From the human T2T-CHM13v2.0 reference genome, Homo sapiens, in the NCBI RefSeq assembly GCF_009914755.1, contig NC_060935.1: a stretch of DNA of 64,000 nucleotides, one strand, 5' to 3'. How positions within the stretch are numbered: the stretch's first letter is position 1; the number at the start of each line of letters is the position of its first letter. Position numbers and translations under genes: made by a program. Under the pieces are notes generated by a model. That model saw only the letters and a list, made by a program, of their open reading frames with translations. It was not told the DNA's origin and did no database searches. Of the stretch, positions 1 through 19,380 are shown in pieces.

Positions 1-49
1 TTAAAGTATAATAAAAAACAAACAAAAAAAAAACAAAACAAAAAAAAAG
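1..49 (+). mobile_element. 3' end and A-rich tail of an L1PA element (truncated by window)
   Basis: ttaaagtataataa followed by an A-rich tail, the L1PA 3' terminus. Confidence 0.75.
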
Positions 50-63
50 AAAATACCCTAGGT

Positions 64-249
64 CAGTGGTTGTCAAATTTTTAAGCCTATATCAGAACTA
101 CATATAGGGCTTGTTAAAACATAGAATGCAAGGTTCTACTCTTGGAATTTTTGACTCATTATGGGGCAGGGCCCTAAAATCGGCGTTTCTAACTTGTTCC
201 AGGTGATGCTGATGCTACTGGGGCTAGGACCACACTTTGAGGATCACTA
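64..249. mobile_element. MER5A hAT-Charlie MITE
   Basis: cagtggtt...gatcacta termini, MER5A core (ccaggtgatgctgatgct, ggaccacactttgag); 8-bp TSD ccctaggt/ccctagga. Confidence 0.88.
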
Positions 250-1699
250 CCCTAGGAAGCTTTTGTTTTCACAGAGTGGTGTACCTTCCAGGTACCTAAA
301 GGGTGAGTCAAGAGACCAGTCACTGGCCTACAGAAAGAACTGTGTGAACCAGATACAAGTACATAAATAATAACATGGTAAGCCATGTGCTGAAAAAAGA
401 TGATTTGTTCTTCCAACAGTTTTCAAAAGGGGTTGAATCTGCAGGTTTAACTTGGGGGTAGGTGGAAAGTGCTGGCAGGTCAACCTTTTTATTCATATTA
501 TTTTCTCTAGATCCTGGGAGCACAGAGCCAATTTTTCCAAGCCCATCGACAGATCTACCCTGCCTCCTATACCAAGACAGGGTATTCCCAGAAGTACAAT
601 CCCTAAGGACAAATATCCTGACCTCTCCGCAAAGTCATTCCTCTCAGAACTAAAAGAGGTTACTCACATTCTCAGGTGAATATTTTCAATGCCTTAGGAA
701 ACAAGCATGTGCTGTTGCTATTCTTTTGAATGTCCTGTGTATGATTATGTTGGTCTTTTTTTTTCATCCACTCTCTTATTTTTAAGGCCAAATACGAGAA
801 AAAAATTGGGGCTAGAATAAGGACAATGAAAAACTTGGGCCCTGTCTCTAGTTCCAACACTACTTGCTCTGTAACCTTAGGCATCCAATCTCTCTCACTT
901 TTACACTCGTCATTCATAAAATAAAATGCCCAGTGAAAACTGACTGCAGAGTTCTATGCCACAGATTCTGATGCTCAGTTCAGAAGTTTACATAATTCCA
1001 AAACAAATACATCAGAAGACCATTGTCAAACCAGTAGTTTCACTTAAAAGTTATTCCATCTGTTCAGTGTTTGCTGGGGGTTAAAAAATAAAAAGCTATT
1101 ACTGATTCCATCTTCTTTTCCTGTCTTTATCCTATTTTCATTTTAATAAAAAGCAGATAATTATTAAGTCCAAGAGGAATTAGTCTATTTCAGTATCCAG
1201 GTGCACAAACATAACCATCAACTCATTTTTATATAATAAATGAAGAACTTATGTGTTTATCTGAAACATAGAGGGGAAAAAACACAGTGGGGGAAAAACA
1301 GCAGGAGGACAAGAAATTCATTCTCATAATTTAGTTGAAAAGGGCCTTTAAAACCAATGAATTAAGTTTGCAAGTTCAGTGATAGTTTACTTCTTACTGT
1401 AATTCTGACATAAAAATATTATCTGGGTACAAATGCCCAGTTTAAGAAAAATTCAGTAACCCTCTCATCATTAACACAACCAAATTATACTTAAAAAACT
1501 GATATAGTAAAAAAATTCAACATTTGTTTTTATATAAAGAACATTTTTTTCTCTATACTGCACTGATGAATTCTTATTTTTATATCATGAATTTTCTGTT
1601 TTCATAGCAAAATAAACATAATTCACATTTATTTAGCATAACATATACTTTAAAATGTTTTACTTCACACGAATAGATATTTAAATTAAAAGTACTCTG

Positions 1700-6510
<4,811 letters not shown>

Positions 6511-8804
6511 TAAACATACCTTGTTTTATTGTGCTTCACTTTATTGTACTTTGCAGATATTACATTTTTTACAAATTGAAACTTTGTGGCAATCCTGCAT
6601 CAAGCAAGTCTATCAGCACCATTTTTTTCCAACAGCATATGATCACTTCACATTCCCATCACATTTTAATAATCTCACATATTTCAAACATTTTCATTAT
6701 TATTACTATTTTATCTGTTGTGATCTGTGATCAGTAATCTTTGATGTTACTATTGTAATTGTTTTGGGGCACTGTGAATTAACACATGAGTGATAAGAAC
6801 GTGATATAGCCTTATTGCTGATACGGGGAAAGTTTTAGGGATCAGGACAGATCAAACCAGCCACAACATTCCCTTAAGCCAAAGCCTAATCCAGAGCAAG
6901 GCTCTAAATCTCTTCAATTCTATGAAGGCTGAGATCAGTGAGTAACCTGCAGAAGAAAAGTCTGAAGCTAGCAGAGGTTGGTTCATGAGATTTAAGGAAA
7001 GAAGCTAACTCCATAACATAAAAGTACAAGGTGAAGCACTACATGCTGATGTGGAAGCTGTAGCAAGTTATCTAGAAAATCTAGCTAAGATAATTGATGA
7101 AAATGGCTACACTAAACAACCAAATTTTAATGTAGATGAAACAGCCTTATATTGGAAGAGAATGCCATTTAGGACTTGCATAGCTAGGGAGAAGTCAATG
7201 TCTAGCTTCAAAAGACAAGCTGACTCCTTTGTTAGGGGCTAATGCAGCTGGTGACTTTAAGTTGAAGCCAATGCTTATTTACCATTCTGAAATTACTTTC
7301 TGCTAAATCTACTCTGCTTGTGCTCTATCATTGGAGCAACAAAGTGTGGGTGACAGCATATCTGTTTACAACATGTTTTATTAAATATTTTAAGTCCATT
7401 GTTAAGACATATTGCTCAGAAAAATAGATTCCTTTCAAAACATTACTGCTCACCGATAATGCACCTAGTCACCCAAGAACTCTGATGGAAATGTACAAGG
7501 AGATGAAGGTTGTTTTCATGCTGGCTAACAACATATCCACTCTGGCAGTGCATGGATCAAGAAATAATTTTGACTTTCAAGTCTTATAGCTGCCATAGAC
7601 AGTGATTCCTCTGATGGATCTGGGCAAAGTAAACTGAAAGCTTTCTGAAAAGGATTCACCATTCTAGATAGCATTAAGAACATTTGTGATTCATTTGAGG
7701 AGGTCAAAATATCAATATTAATAGGAGTTTGGAAGAAGTTGATTCCAACCCTCATGGATGACTTTGAGGAGTTCAAGACTCCAGTGGGGGAAGTCACTGC
7801 AAATGTGGTAGAAACAGCAAGATAATTAGAAGTGGAGCCAGAAGATGTGACTGAATTGCTACAATCTCACAATAAAGTTGCTTCTTAAGGATGGGTAGAG
7901 AAAGTGGTTTCTTGACGTGGAATCTACTCCTTGTAAAGATGCTGAAATGACAACAAAGGACTTAGACTTAATTGATAAAGCAGTAGCAGAATTCCATAAA
8001 CTTAACTGATAAATCAGTAGCAGAATTTGAGAGGACTGACTTCAATTTTGAAAGAAGTTCTGTGGGAAAAATGCTATCAAACAGTATTGCATGCTACAGA
8101 AAAATCTTCCGTGAAAGAAAGTCAATGTCTCAAATTTCATTGTTGTCTTATTTCAAGAAATTGCCACAGCCAACCAACCTTCGGCAACCACCATCCTTAT
8201 TAGTCAGCAGCCAACAACACTGAGACAAGACCCTCCACAAACAAAAAGTTTGTATGATTGGTTGCATTTTTAAAAAGCAATAACATATTTTAAAATAAAG
8301 GTATACAAATTGTTTTTTAAAGTTATAATGCTGGACTGGGTGTGGTGGCTCACACCTGTAATCCCAGCACTTTGGGGGCTGAGCTGGGCAGGTTCCTTGA
8401 GCCAAGGAGGTTGCAACTAGGCTGGGCAACATGGCAAAACTGTTACTACAAAAAATAAGAAAAAATTAGCTTGGCATGGTGGCACACACTTGGAGTCCCA
8501 GCTACTCAGGAGGCTGAGGTGGGAGGATCACTTGAGTCCTAGAGGTGGAGGATGCAGTGAACCAAGATCGCACCACTGCACTCCAGCCTGGGCAACAGAC
8601 CAAGACCCTGTCTCCAAAAAAATAAAAAGAAAAAAGAAAAGAAAGAAAATATATAATGCCATTGGCACACTTAATAGACTACAATATAATTTATACATAA
8701 CTTTTATATGCACTGGGAAACCAACAAATTCATGCAACTCACTTTAATATTTGCCTTTTTTGGCAGTCTGTAATTGAACTTGCAATATCTCTGAGGTATG
8801 CCTG
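6511..8804 (+). mobile_element. Tigger1 DNA transposon (internally deleted, dead transposase)
   Basis: TIR-like ends taaacataccttgttttattg / caatatctctgaggtatgcctg; transposase remnant [29 protein letters not shown] (7051-7242); L1 sequence resumes on both sides. Confidence 0.93.
8334..8649 (+). mobile_element. AluJ inserted in Tigger1
   Basis: Diverged Alu dimer with J features (gaggatcacttgag); ataatgc duplicated on both flanks. Confidence 0.88.
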
Positions 8805-9201
8805 AATTTGACAAAGGTACAAAGGCAATTAAAAGGGAAAGGATAATTTGCTCAAAAATGATGCTGGAACAACTGAATAGCCATGCACAATAAAAATGAA
8901 CACTGACCCTTATTTCATAAAATATATAAAAATTAACTCAAAATGGATCATAGTTTTAAATGTAAAATCTGAAACTATAAAACTTCTAAAAGAAAACATA
9001 GAAGGAAATTTTGACTTTGGATATAGAAAAAAATTAAATAGAACACAGAATGAACAAACTCAAAGAAAAAATGATAAATTGGACTTCATTAAAATTTAAA
9101 ACTTGGCTCTTTGAAAAACATTGTTATGAGAGAAAGGCAAGTTATATACTAGGGTAAAATATTCACATGCCATATGCCCAGCAAGGCATTTATATATAGA
9201 A

Positions 9202-9398
9202 CTGTGCTGCCAGTAGAATTTTCTGAAATTATGGAAATATTTTATATCTGCACTAATAGAAAGCCACTACTCATATTTGGCTAAATGAGCTCTTGAAATG
9301 TGTTTAGAGTGACTTGGGAACTGAATTTATATATTCAATTTTAGTTAACTTGAATTTAAATTGCCAGTGGTTAGTGCCTACCACACTGGATAGCACAG
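9202..9398. mobile_element. MER3 hAT MITE inserted in L1M
   Basis: ctgtgctg...tagcacag ends, MER3 core; degenerate 8-bp TSD atatagaa/atttggaa. Confidence 0.82.
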
Positions 9399-12300
9399 AT
9401 TTGGAACATATGAAAAACACTTAAAACTCAACAGTAAGAAAAAAAAAACCCAACACAAAATGAGGAGATGTGAACTGGCTCTTTTTTTAAAGATTATCTA
9501 GGGATATCAACTAAGCTCATGAAAAGATGCTCAACATCGTTAGTTATCAGGGGAACACAAATTAAAACCACAAAGAAATATAAGAATGCACACATAGAAT
9601 ACTTAAAATTAGAAGTTCTGACCAGAGCAAGTGTTGACGAAGATGTGGAGCAACTGTAACATTCACACACTGCTAGTGGAATATAAAATGATACAACCAC
9701 ATTAGAAAATAATTTGGCAGTTCGTAATATATACAACTACCTTACAACCCAGCCATTCCACTTCTTGGTACTTATTGAGAGGTTTGAAAGCATATGAAGT
9801 AAGAGTACACACAAATACTTGTACATGACTGTACAAAGCAACTTTATTTTTAATCATAAAATTTAAAAAACCCTACTGTCTACTAACACATAAAAGAAAT
9901 AAAGAGGTTTTGGTATACCTACACAGTGCAATAGTACCCAGTAATAAAAAGTAGCATGGTATTTATATAAAATTCTCAGAAATGCAAACTAACCTATCAA
10001 GTAGCTCACTGATTGCCTGAGGATAGGTTGGCAGTATCAAGGAAGGATGGATTGCAAAGGCGCACAAGGAAACCTTTGGAGGTTATGAAAATGTTCATTA
10101 TCTTGATCATAATGTTGGTATATAACATATAAAAATTCATCAAAATCACACACTTTATGTGTGCTTTATTGTACATAATTATACTTCAATAAATCTCTCA
10201 AAAATAAATCAATGAAATATAAAGTCAACACAATATAGAAAAGCTACAAAACTAGAAGCTGGTTCTTTGAAGAGATAAAATTCATATGCCTTTAACTAGA
10301 CAGATCTAGGGGGAAAAAAGAGAATTTGGAAATTACCAACATCAAGAATGAAAGAAGGAACATTATAGCTCCTACACACATTAAAAACATAATTAAAATA
10401 TTATGCATAACTCTGCATCAATTCACAACTAGGATGAAACAGACACATTCCTTGAAAGACACAAATTACCCGAACTGACTCAAGAAGAAACTGAATACTC
10501 ACTAGTTCCATATCTATTAAATAAACATCATAATTAAAAATCTTCCCACAAACAAAACTCAACCCTAGATAACTTCAATGATAAATTCTACCCAACATTT
10601 TAGGAAGAAATAATGACATTCCTTCATACAATCTTTCAGAAAAAGGAAGTGACAGTTCCCAACCCATTTTATACCAAAACCAGACAAGATAATACAGGAA
10701 AACTACAGATCTCTATCTCTCATGAACATAGACTGAAAAATACTCCATAAGCCCACAACCCCTTTCTAACCACAAGAAAATATCAGACAAATCCCAATTG
10801 GAGAACATTCCAATTAACTGACCGGTCTTACCACAAATTGTCAAGGAACAAGGAAGGTCTAAGAAAAACTCACAGTTTAGAAAAACTAAGAAAACATGAT
10901 GACTAAATCTAACGTGGTATTCTAGATAGGATCCTGGTATAGAAAAAGTACTCTAGGTAAAAGCTAAGGAAATCTGAATATAGTATGACCTCTAGTCGAT
11001 AATGTAATATTGGTTTATTAGTTATAACAAGTATACTGTAACATTGTAAGATGCTAAAAATATAGTACACTGGTTGAGAAATCTGCAAAAACTCTGTAAT
11101 ATTCTTGCAACTTTTCTGTAAATCTGAAATTATTCCAAAATAGAAATTTATTAAAAAAAATCAGTGGAATCAACCACATTAAGACTAAAACAAAGAAAAA
11201 AAAACCCAATAACATGATCATCTCAAAGTTGCAGAAAAAAGCATCTGATGAAATTTAACACACATTCGTGATTTAAAAAAAACACCTCACATACTGGAAT
11301 TAAAGGATACTTCCTCCACTTTATAAAGAACACCTACCAAAAAATCCTAAAGCAAACATCATACTTAATGGTGAAAGACTGAATATTTCCCTACTTAAGA
11401 TCAGCAATAAAGACAATACGTCTGCTCTTACCACTTTCGACAATACAGTAGAAGTTTTAGTACACTGAGGCAAGCGAAGGAAATAAAAATCAAATTAGAG
11501 TGGAAGAAGTAAAACCATTTTTATTCACAAAGGGAATGAATGTGTATGTAGAATATCCTGAAAAATCTACATTAAAGCTAATAGAACTTTTTTAGATTAA
11601 AGAATAGGTCAATAACAAAAAAATCAACTGTATTTCTATATATTAGCAATGGACAAATGAATATGAAATAAAAAAGTCATAATATCGACAAAAACATGAA
11701 GATTTATTAGAAAGCTAAGTAATCAAGATATTATAATATCAGTAAGGAGAGACATGTAGACTGATGGAAAAGAATTGCATCTAGAAGTAGATGTATACAT
11801 ATATAGCCAATTGATTTTCTACAAAGGTTCCAGAGTGAAAACGTATGTACTTTTTGGGAAAGTACATTGGGAAAAGAAATTGTATTTCAATCAATTTCTT
11901 TGATTGCAAAGAAATTGCAGTTGATACTGCAACAACTGGATATCCATAGGAAAAATAATAATCCTCTACCCTTATTTTATACCATAGACAAAATTAATCA
12001 AACTTGATCCCAGACTTAGTAGAAAAGAACACAGGATAACATCTTTGAGACTTTCAAGTATTCAAATGTTTCTAAGATAGGACACAAAATCAATAAGCTT
12101 TACAGCTTTATAGAAAAAAATTAATTAGACTTTATCATAATTAAAAACTTCTGCATCTCTAAAAGTACTGTTAAGAAAATGAAAAGACAGATTTAGGGGA
12201 AACATCTGATTATATATATTTGACAAAGGACCTATATCCAAAATACATAAAAACTCTTTCAACTCTACAAGTTTACACATTAAAAAATGGGCAAAAGGTT

Positions 12301-12436
12301 GAAACAGATCACTTCACAAAGAAAAACATACAAATGGGCAGTAATTTTATAAAATGATGCACAATATTATTTGTCTTCAAGAAAATGCAAATTAAAACCA
12401 CAAAGGGATGGCACCATACACCCACCAGATGGCTAA

Positions 12437-12620
12437 TTTTTTTTTTCTTTTCTTTCGAGATGGAGTCTTGTTCTTGGCTCACTGCAACCTCCGCCCCTCA
12501 TGTTCAAACGATTCTCCCACCTCAGCCTCCCGAGTAGCTGGGACTACAAGCATGCACCACCACACTTGGCTAATTTTTTCATATTTTTAGTAGAGACAAG
12601 GTTTCACCATGTTAGCCAGA
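12437..12620 (-). mobile_element. Truncated and internally deleted AluS
   Basis: Poly-T, right arm and part of left arm. Confidence 0.85.
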
Positions 12621-13891
12621 CTTGGCTGAAATGTTTTAAGGTGTCAAGCCAAAATGTTGGTCTTGGCTAAAATGTCTTAAGCTATTATTACTAAGTTTTG
12701 GTGAGGATGTGAAACAACTGGAATTCTCATACATCGTTGATAGGTATGTTAAATGGTATGACTACTTTAGAAAATAGTTCTGGTGATTTCTTTTAAAGTT
12801 AAACAAACATTACATGACCTAGTAATTCAACTCTTAAGATATTTACCCAACAGAGTGAAGACATACATCCACATAAAGATCTCACAAATGTTGATAGCAG
12901 CTTTCTTCATAGCAGCCCCAAATATCTCAAATATCTCTCAACAGAATAAACTAATTGTTGCATATCCATAAAATGGAATACTAGTTGGCAATATCAAAAC
13001 AGAACAAACTTCTGATACATACAACATAGATGAATCTCAAAAAAATCCTGCTGAGCCAAAAGGGACTAACACAAAAGAAATATATAAGACAAAAAGAGGG
13101 ATATTTCCATTTGATAAAAGGTATAACACACCAAAAGATCCTAGACTTTATGGACCTAACAATATATGTTCAAAACACAGAAAGCAAGAAACTAATAAGA
13201 AGAAATTTACAAGTCCACAACATAAGTGGGAAACATTTCACAGCCCTTTTAGCAAATGACAGAGCAAGAGGACAAAATATTAGGAAGGATATTGATGATT
13301 TACATAATCAATAACATACTTTTAAAACATATAATAGAGTACTCATAAAAACTTAGCTACATTGTCAAGTCATAAAAAAATTTTAAAATCAGATACGATA
13401 CAACCATATTCTCTGATACAAGCCATAAACTTAGGTATCTACATTAAAAATTATGGCCATAAAAGAAAACAAAACCAAATAAAACAACATTTTAACTGAC
13501 TGCTTTATACTAGGAAATATCTAAAGATAAGTAAATAAAAGAATTACACTAAGCAGTGTAATTTATAGAAAGAATTGTTGGCCTCCAGAGTTAGAGATAA
13601 AAGTCAGTGATTGGTAAGTGGCAGAATCATTTCTGAACCATTGTGTCACTTTCATTTAAAGTGATGATCTCTGATCTGTCCACATGAAGCCAGAACAGAC
13701 AGAACCTTATGGCCACCATGATATTATAATAGTAACAGTTAAGTTTCTTAAACCTAGTCCTTGGTACAGTCTTTATCTTATCAGATAGAAAACTCTCAAA
13801 ACAGGCAGTCTAATATGATGGCTAAGGTAACAAATTTTAGAGTCAGAGAGAAGTAAATTTAAATTTCAACTCCATTACTTAATAGTTGTGA

Positions 13892-14278
<387 letters not shown>

Positions 14279-14330
14279 TAGAACCTGGCACCTGGTAAGC
14301 ACTCCGTTTAAATTAAAGCAATTATTAATA

Positions 14331-14689
14331 CAGGTTGAGCATCCCTGATCTGAAAATCCACAATCTGAAATGCTCCAAAATTGGAAACAATTTGAGCGCC
14401 TACACGATGGCATAAGTGGAAAATCCCATACTTGATCTCATGTGACAAGTCACAGCCAAAATGCAGTCAAAACTTTTCTTTATGTGCAAAATTATTTAAA
14501 ATATTATATAAAATTACCCTCAGGCTACATTTATAAGGCATATATAAAACATAAATGAATTTTGTACTTAGAAATCCCCAAGATTTCTCATTATATATAT
14601 ATATGCAAATATTCCAAAATCCAAAATAAAAATCTGACATCTGAAACACTTCTGGTCCCAAGCATTTTGGACAAGGGATACTCAACCCT
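14331..14689. mobile_element. Tigger4b (Zombi/MER46-type) MITE
   Basis: TA|caggttgagcatccc ... gggatactcaaccct|TA terminal inverted repeats with TA TSD. Confidence 0.85.
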
Positions 14690-14884
14690 TATTACCAATA
14701 CTAATATGTTGTTCTACACCTCAAAACTCACCATGGTCAAAACTTGTTCACCTTCTTGATTAGCCAATCAGTTAATGATTGATGTCATCACCATCTACCC
14801 AGTCTTCAAAAACTAGAAACTTCATTCTTAGCTCCTCTCACTTCCTTTTCTTAACTGTGATAATGAATTACATATATCATCTCA

Positions 14885-15001
14885 TCTTATTTTATTATAC
14901 TTTAAGTTCTGGGGTACATGTACAGAACGTGCAGTTTTGTTACACAGGTATACACGTGCTATGGTGGTTTGCTGCACCCATCAACCCATCACCTTTACAT
15001 T
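14885..15001 (-). mobile_element. Severely 5'-truncated L1PA 3' tail within an L2 remnant
   Basis: tattatactttaagttctggggtacatg...gctgcacccatcaac. Confidence 0.82.
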
Positions 15002-15382
15002 CAAATCTTACTCTCACTTCTAAGTATCTCTATTTTTCCTCTTCACTGCTTCAGTTCAGATTTTTATTATCATTTGCTTCAGTGATGTTCAACTGTCTTC
15101 TAAATGGTCTACCTGCCTTGTCTGTCTTCCAATCAGTTATTTGATAGAGCCAGTTTTCAAAAACACAAATTGTATCACTAACTTTGATTTTCTCAGAACA
15201 TTTCCCTACTATATAGAAATCTAAGGCCCTCAGACTGACAGAGACCACTTCTAATCTGGTCCTTATTTACTGTATTGGCCTCATTTCCTTTCTCAAAGTT
15301 TGCCATGCCTTTCTACACACTTTGAGCTCTAACTTAAATTCTCATTGCTAGAACATTATATCATCCGTTGTCTCTGCTAGAG

Positions 15383-15711
15383 CAGTGGTTCCCAACCTTT
15401 TTGGCACCGAGGACCAGTTTTGTGGGAGACATTTTTTCCATGGATGGTGGGGAGTTGTGGAGGAGGAGGAAGGATGGCTTCAGGATGAAACTATTCCACC
15501 TCAGATTATCAGGCACAGGCTTTAGATTCCCATAAGGTGCACACAACCTAGCTCCTCCACATGCACAGTTCACAGTAGGGATTGTGCTCCTAGGAGAATC
15601 TAGGTGGTAGGTAATACTTGCTTGCCTGCCACTCACCTCCTGCTGTGCTGCCAGGTTCCTAACAGGCCACGGACCAATACCAGTCTGTGGCCCGGGGACT
15701 GGGGATCCCTG
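15383..15711 (-). mobile_element. MER1B hAT-Charlie MITE
   Basis: cagtggttcccaacc / ggggatccctg ends; perfect 8-bp TSD tgctagag (15375-15382, 15712-15719). Confidence 0.9.
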
Positions 15712-16239
15712 TGCTAGAGGACTCCTACTTATCCCTCAAAACCCAGCATAGATAGCAGTACCTCTATGAAGCTTTCCCTCATGCCCTAAGGCAGCTGCTT
15801 TGTTCTCCTGTTTCTACCTTAATTATAACACTTATAGTCTATTCAAGAAATTTACTTCTGACAAATTTTTTTTCCTCCACCAGGTTATGAGCTCCTTGAA
15901 GGCAAGCACAGAAAAGCAGATCTAATTTGACAGAGTGCCTGCCTCATGGTGAGCAGTCTTTGAATGAATCACAACATTTTTGTAAGGAAAAGCTGAGACG
16001 TTGAAAATAAAAATATATGGTATTACAACTCCCGCACATTTATTTCACAACTCTCTACTTCATGTTAGAAGTTTAAACAAATCCATATAATTGTATACAC
16101 TTTCAGCATTTTTCCATATGAGAAACACATAAATACAGCAAGTGGAGAATATTTCAACCATATACAGCATCACATTGATCATGTTTGTCATCAGTTTTAA
16201 AATACATAAACTTTGAAGCTGAATGACAGAAAAAGGTAT

Positions 16240-16604
16240 TGTTTTAGTCTGTTCTCATGTTGCTAATAAAGACATACCTGAGACTAGGTAATTTATAAAG
16301 GAAAGAGGTTTAATTGCCTCACAGTTCCTCAGGGCTAGGGAGGCCTCAGGAAACTTACAGTCATGGCAGAAGGGGAAGCAAACATGTCCTTCTTTACATG
16401 GCAGCAGCAAGGAGAAGTACTGAGCAAAAAAGGGAAAAGTCCCTTATGAAACCATCAGATCTCATGAGAACTCATTCACTATCATGATGGTAACCACCCC
16501 CATGATTAAATTACCTCTCACCAGTTCCCTCCCATGACATGTGGGGATTATGGGAACTACAATTTAAGATGAGATGTGGGTGGGGAAACAGCCAAACCAC
16601 ATCA
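16240..16604 (-). mobile_element. THE1 (MaLR) solo LTR
   Basis: TG...CA ends, THE1C/D-like sequence, 5-bp TSD ggtat. Confidence 0.92.
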
Positions 16605-17169
16605 GGTATAAAGGTTGATATCTCTGAATATAAACCAAAATTTTTTTTGTACCTCCTTGCATTTTCCAAATTTTCCAAAATGTACATACATTAATTTTAT
16701 GATAAAAATGTATGCAAAAATGAAAAGTAGGTATTCTATAAAACCAAAATTATAGAGACTTAAATCTCCTCAAATAAGTTTTTTTTTTTAAAAATTGACA
16801 AAACATACAGATTTATGGTGTATAACATGATATTTTGATATATGTATACAATGTGGAATGGTTAAATCAAGCTAATTAACATTATTTTATAGACTCTACA
16901 TCATGGGAACCTGACAAAGGATCACAGTTGGATTCAATGTATAGAAATTATTCTTTTCCAAAAACAAAGTTAGACTTGATGAAAAAACATACCAACCCAA
17001 AGGCATATAAATACAAAATACAGAATGAAGTGGACAATTGAGTTTGGTTGGTCTTCATTATCATGATGTTTCAGGTTCAAGTGCTTTGGGGCCTTACAAA
17101 CTTCAAATTAAATGCTTTAATCCTATACTTTGCTTTGCATGTACATATATAATACTAAGAACAGAATTT

Positions 17170-18365
17170 GACAATAAAGAACTCCTAAAACTTGTTAATA
17201 AAAACTCAAACAACCCAATTAAAAATGCCTTAAGTTTTAAATAGAAATTCCTCCCAAAAGACATACAAATGACAAGCACATGAAAGAATGAGCAACATCA
17301 TTAGAGAAACACAAATCAAAACCATGATAAGGCCACAGACATTGTGACCCATTCCTGTAATCTCACCACTGTGAGAGGCCAAGGTGGGCAAATGGCTTCA
17401 GCCCAGGAGTTTGAGACCAGCCTTGGCAAGACAGCGAAACCCAGTCTCTACAAAAATTAGCCAGGTGTGGTGGTATGCACCTGTGGTCCTAGCTACTCAG
17501 GAGGGTGAGGTGGGAAGATTGCTTGAGCCCAGGATTTTGAGGCTGAAGTAAGCCATGATCATACCTCTGCACTCCAGCCTGAGTGACAGAGCAAGACTCT
17601 GTCTCAGGAAAAACAAACAAATAAACAAACCCCACAATAAGCTACTTCTTCATACCCACTAAGATGGCTATAATAAAAAAGATAGAAAATAACAAACACT
17701 GGTAAGGATGTGGAGAAATTAGAATGCTCATATATTGCTGGTGGGAATTTAGAATGGTGCCACTGCCTTGGAGAATAGTTTGATGGTTCCTCAAAAGATT
17801 AGTGTTACCGTAAGACCCAACAATTCCACTCCTAGTATATACCCAAGAGGAATGAAACATATGTGCAAACAAAAACTTATACATGAATGTTCACGGCATT
17901 ATTCATAAATAGCCAAAATGTGGAAACAACCTAAATGTCCATCAATTAATGAATGAATAAACAAAATGTGGTATACCTATCTATAAAACAGAAAGTAATA
18001 AAGTACTGATACATGCTACAACATGGATGAACCTTGAAAACATCATGCTAACTGAAAGAAGCTAGCCACCAAGACCAAACAGCACACGATTTCAGTTATT
18101 TGAAATGTCCAGAAGAGTCAAAGTTATAAACATAGACAACAGTTGAGTGGTTGCTTAGAGCTGGGGATGTGGAAGTGCAGCAGGAGAGAATAGGAGTGAC
18201 AGCTAATGGCTATGCATTTCTTTTTTGGGGATGAAAATGAAGATTTTGGTGATGGCTTCACATCCCTGTGGATATAGTAAAAACCACTGAAGTGTACACT
18301 TTTAACTGGTGAATTATACCATAAGAACTGTATCTCCATAAAGATGTTGTTTTGTTTTGTTTTAA
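17170..18365 (+). mobile_element. L1MB 3' region interrupted by AluJ (17331-17630)
   Basis: L1MB 3'UTR motifs (catgctacaacatggatgaaccttgaaaac); diverged Alu dimer. Confidence 0.85.
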
Positions 18366-18544
18366 AAAAGATGTTGTCTGGCCCCTTTTTCAACAAATTA
18401 CATGATCTGGGGAATTGGCCTTTTCATTTATAAACTGGAATAGCATCTGTTTCCATCTTTCCACCTCTAGCTGTAAGAATACATAAAACATATTAATACA
18501 TGAGAGAAACATTCTAGAAAGCTAGTTTCATAACTTGAAGATTA

Positions 18545-19380
18545 CTCTATTGATTTATTGCTGCAATAACAAATTACCCCCAAACATAGCATCTTAAAAC
18601 AACAAACATTTATTTATTTATTCATTTATTTATCTTTTCTGAGACAGGGTCTCATTCTGTTGTCCAGGCTGGAGTGCAGTGGCACAATCACGGCTCACTG
18701 CGCCTCAACCTCCTGAGCTCAAGCAATCCTCCCACCTCAGCCTCCTGAGTAGCTGGGACTACAAGGTGCACACCACCATGCCCAGATAATTTTCACATTT
18801 TTTTTTGTAGAAACAGGGTTTTACCACGTTGCCCAGGCTGGTCTTGAACTCCTGAGCTCATGCAATTCCACCCGCCTTGGCCTCCCAAAGTGGCTAGATT
18901 ACAGGCATGAGCCACTGTACCCGGCCAAACAAATATTTATTACCCTACACAATTTATAAGGATCAGAAACCTGGAAGTGTCTTAGTTGGGTGGGTCTTAG
19001 GTCTCTTGAGGTTGCAGTAAGATTTCAACCAGGGCTGGCTGCAATCTCTGAAGTCTTGACTGGAGTGGGAGGGTCTGCTTCCAAGAGCCTTCATGTGGCT
19101 ATTAGAGCCTTCAGTTTCTCATCTTGTGGGTTCCTCCATAGGGCTGCTCATGACATGGCTTCCTCCAGATCAAGTGGTCAGAGAAAGAAAGTATGACAGC
19201 AATCAAGAAGGAAACTCCACCTTTTGTAACCTAATCTCGGAAGTGGCACATCACTACTTTTACCAAATCCTACTGGTTACACAGAGCAACTCTGATACAG
19301 TGTAGCAGGGATTAGACAAGGGTATGAATACTAGGAGGCGGGAATCACTGGATGCCATTGTGGAGGCTAGTTACCAAAAC
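18545..19380. mobile_element. MLT1-type MaLR LTR interrupted by AluJ (18610-18926, -)
   Basis: tattgctgcaataacaaattaccccc start and MLT1 core; Alu TSD aacaaa(c/t)atttatt. Confidence 0.8.

Larger units (their letters stand above)
8805..13450 (+). mobile_element. Old L1M/L1MC ORF2 and 3' fragments (several copies; L1MC-type 3' end ~10750-11160)
   Basis: ORF2 C-terminal remnants (KINSKWI, KLDFIKI); 3' ends with A-rich tails at ~10195 and ~11160. Confidence 0.8.

Noticed and set aside
7051-7797. Domesticated Tigger transposase gene (TIGD-like)
   Set aside because: Multiple stops and frameshifts and a deleted N-terminal region; an ordinary fossil.
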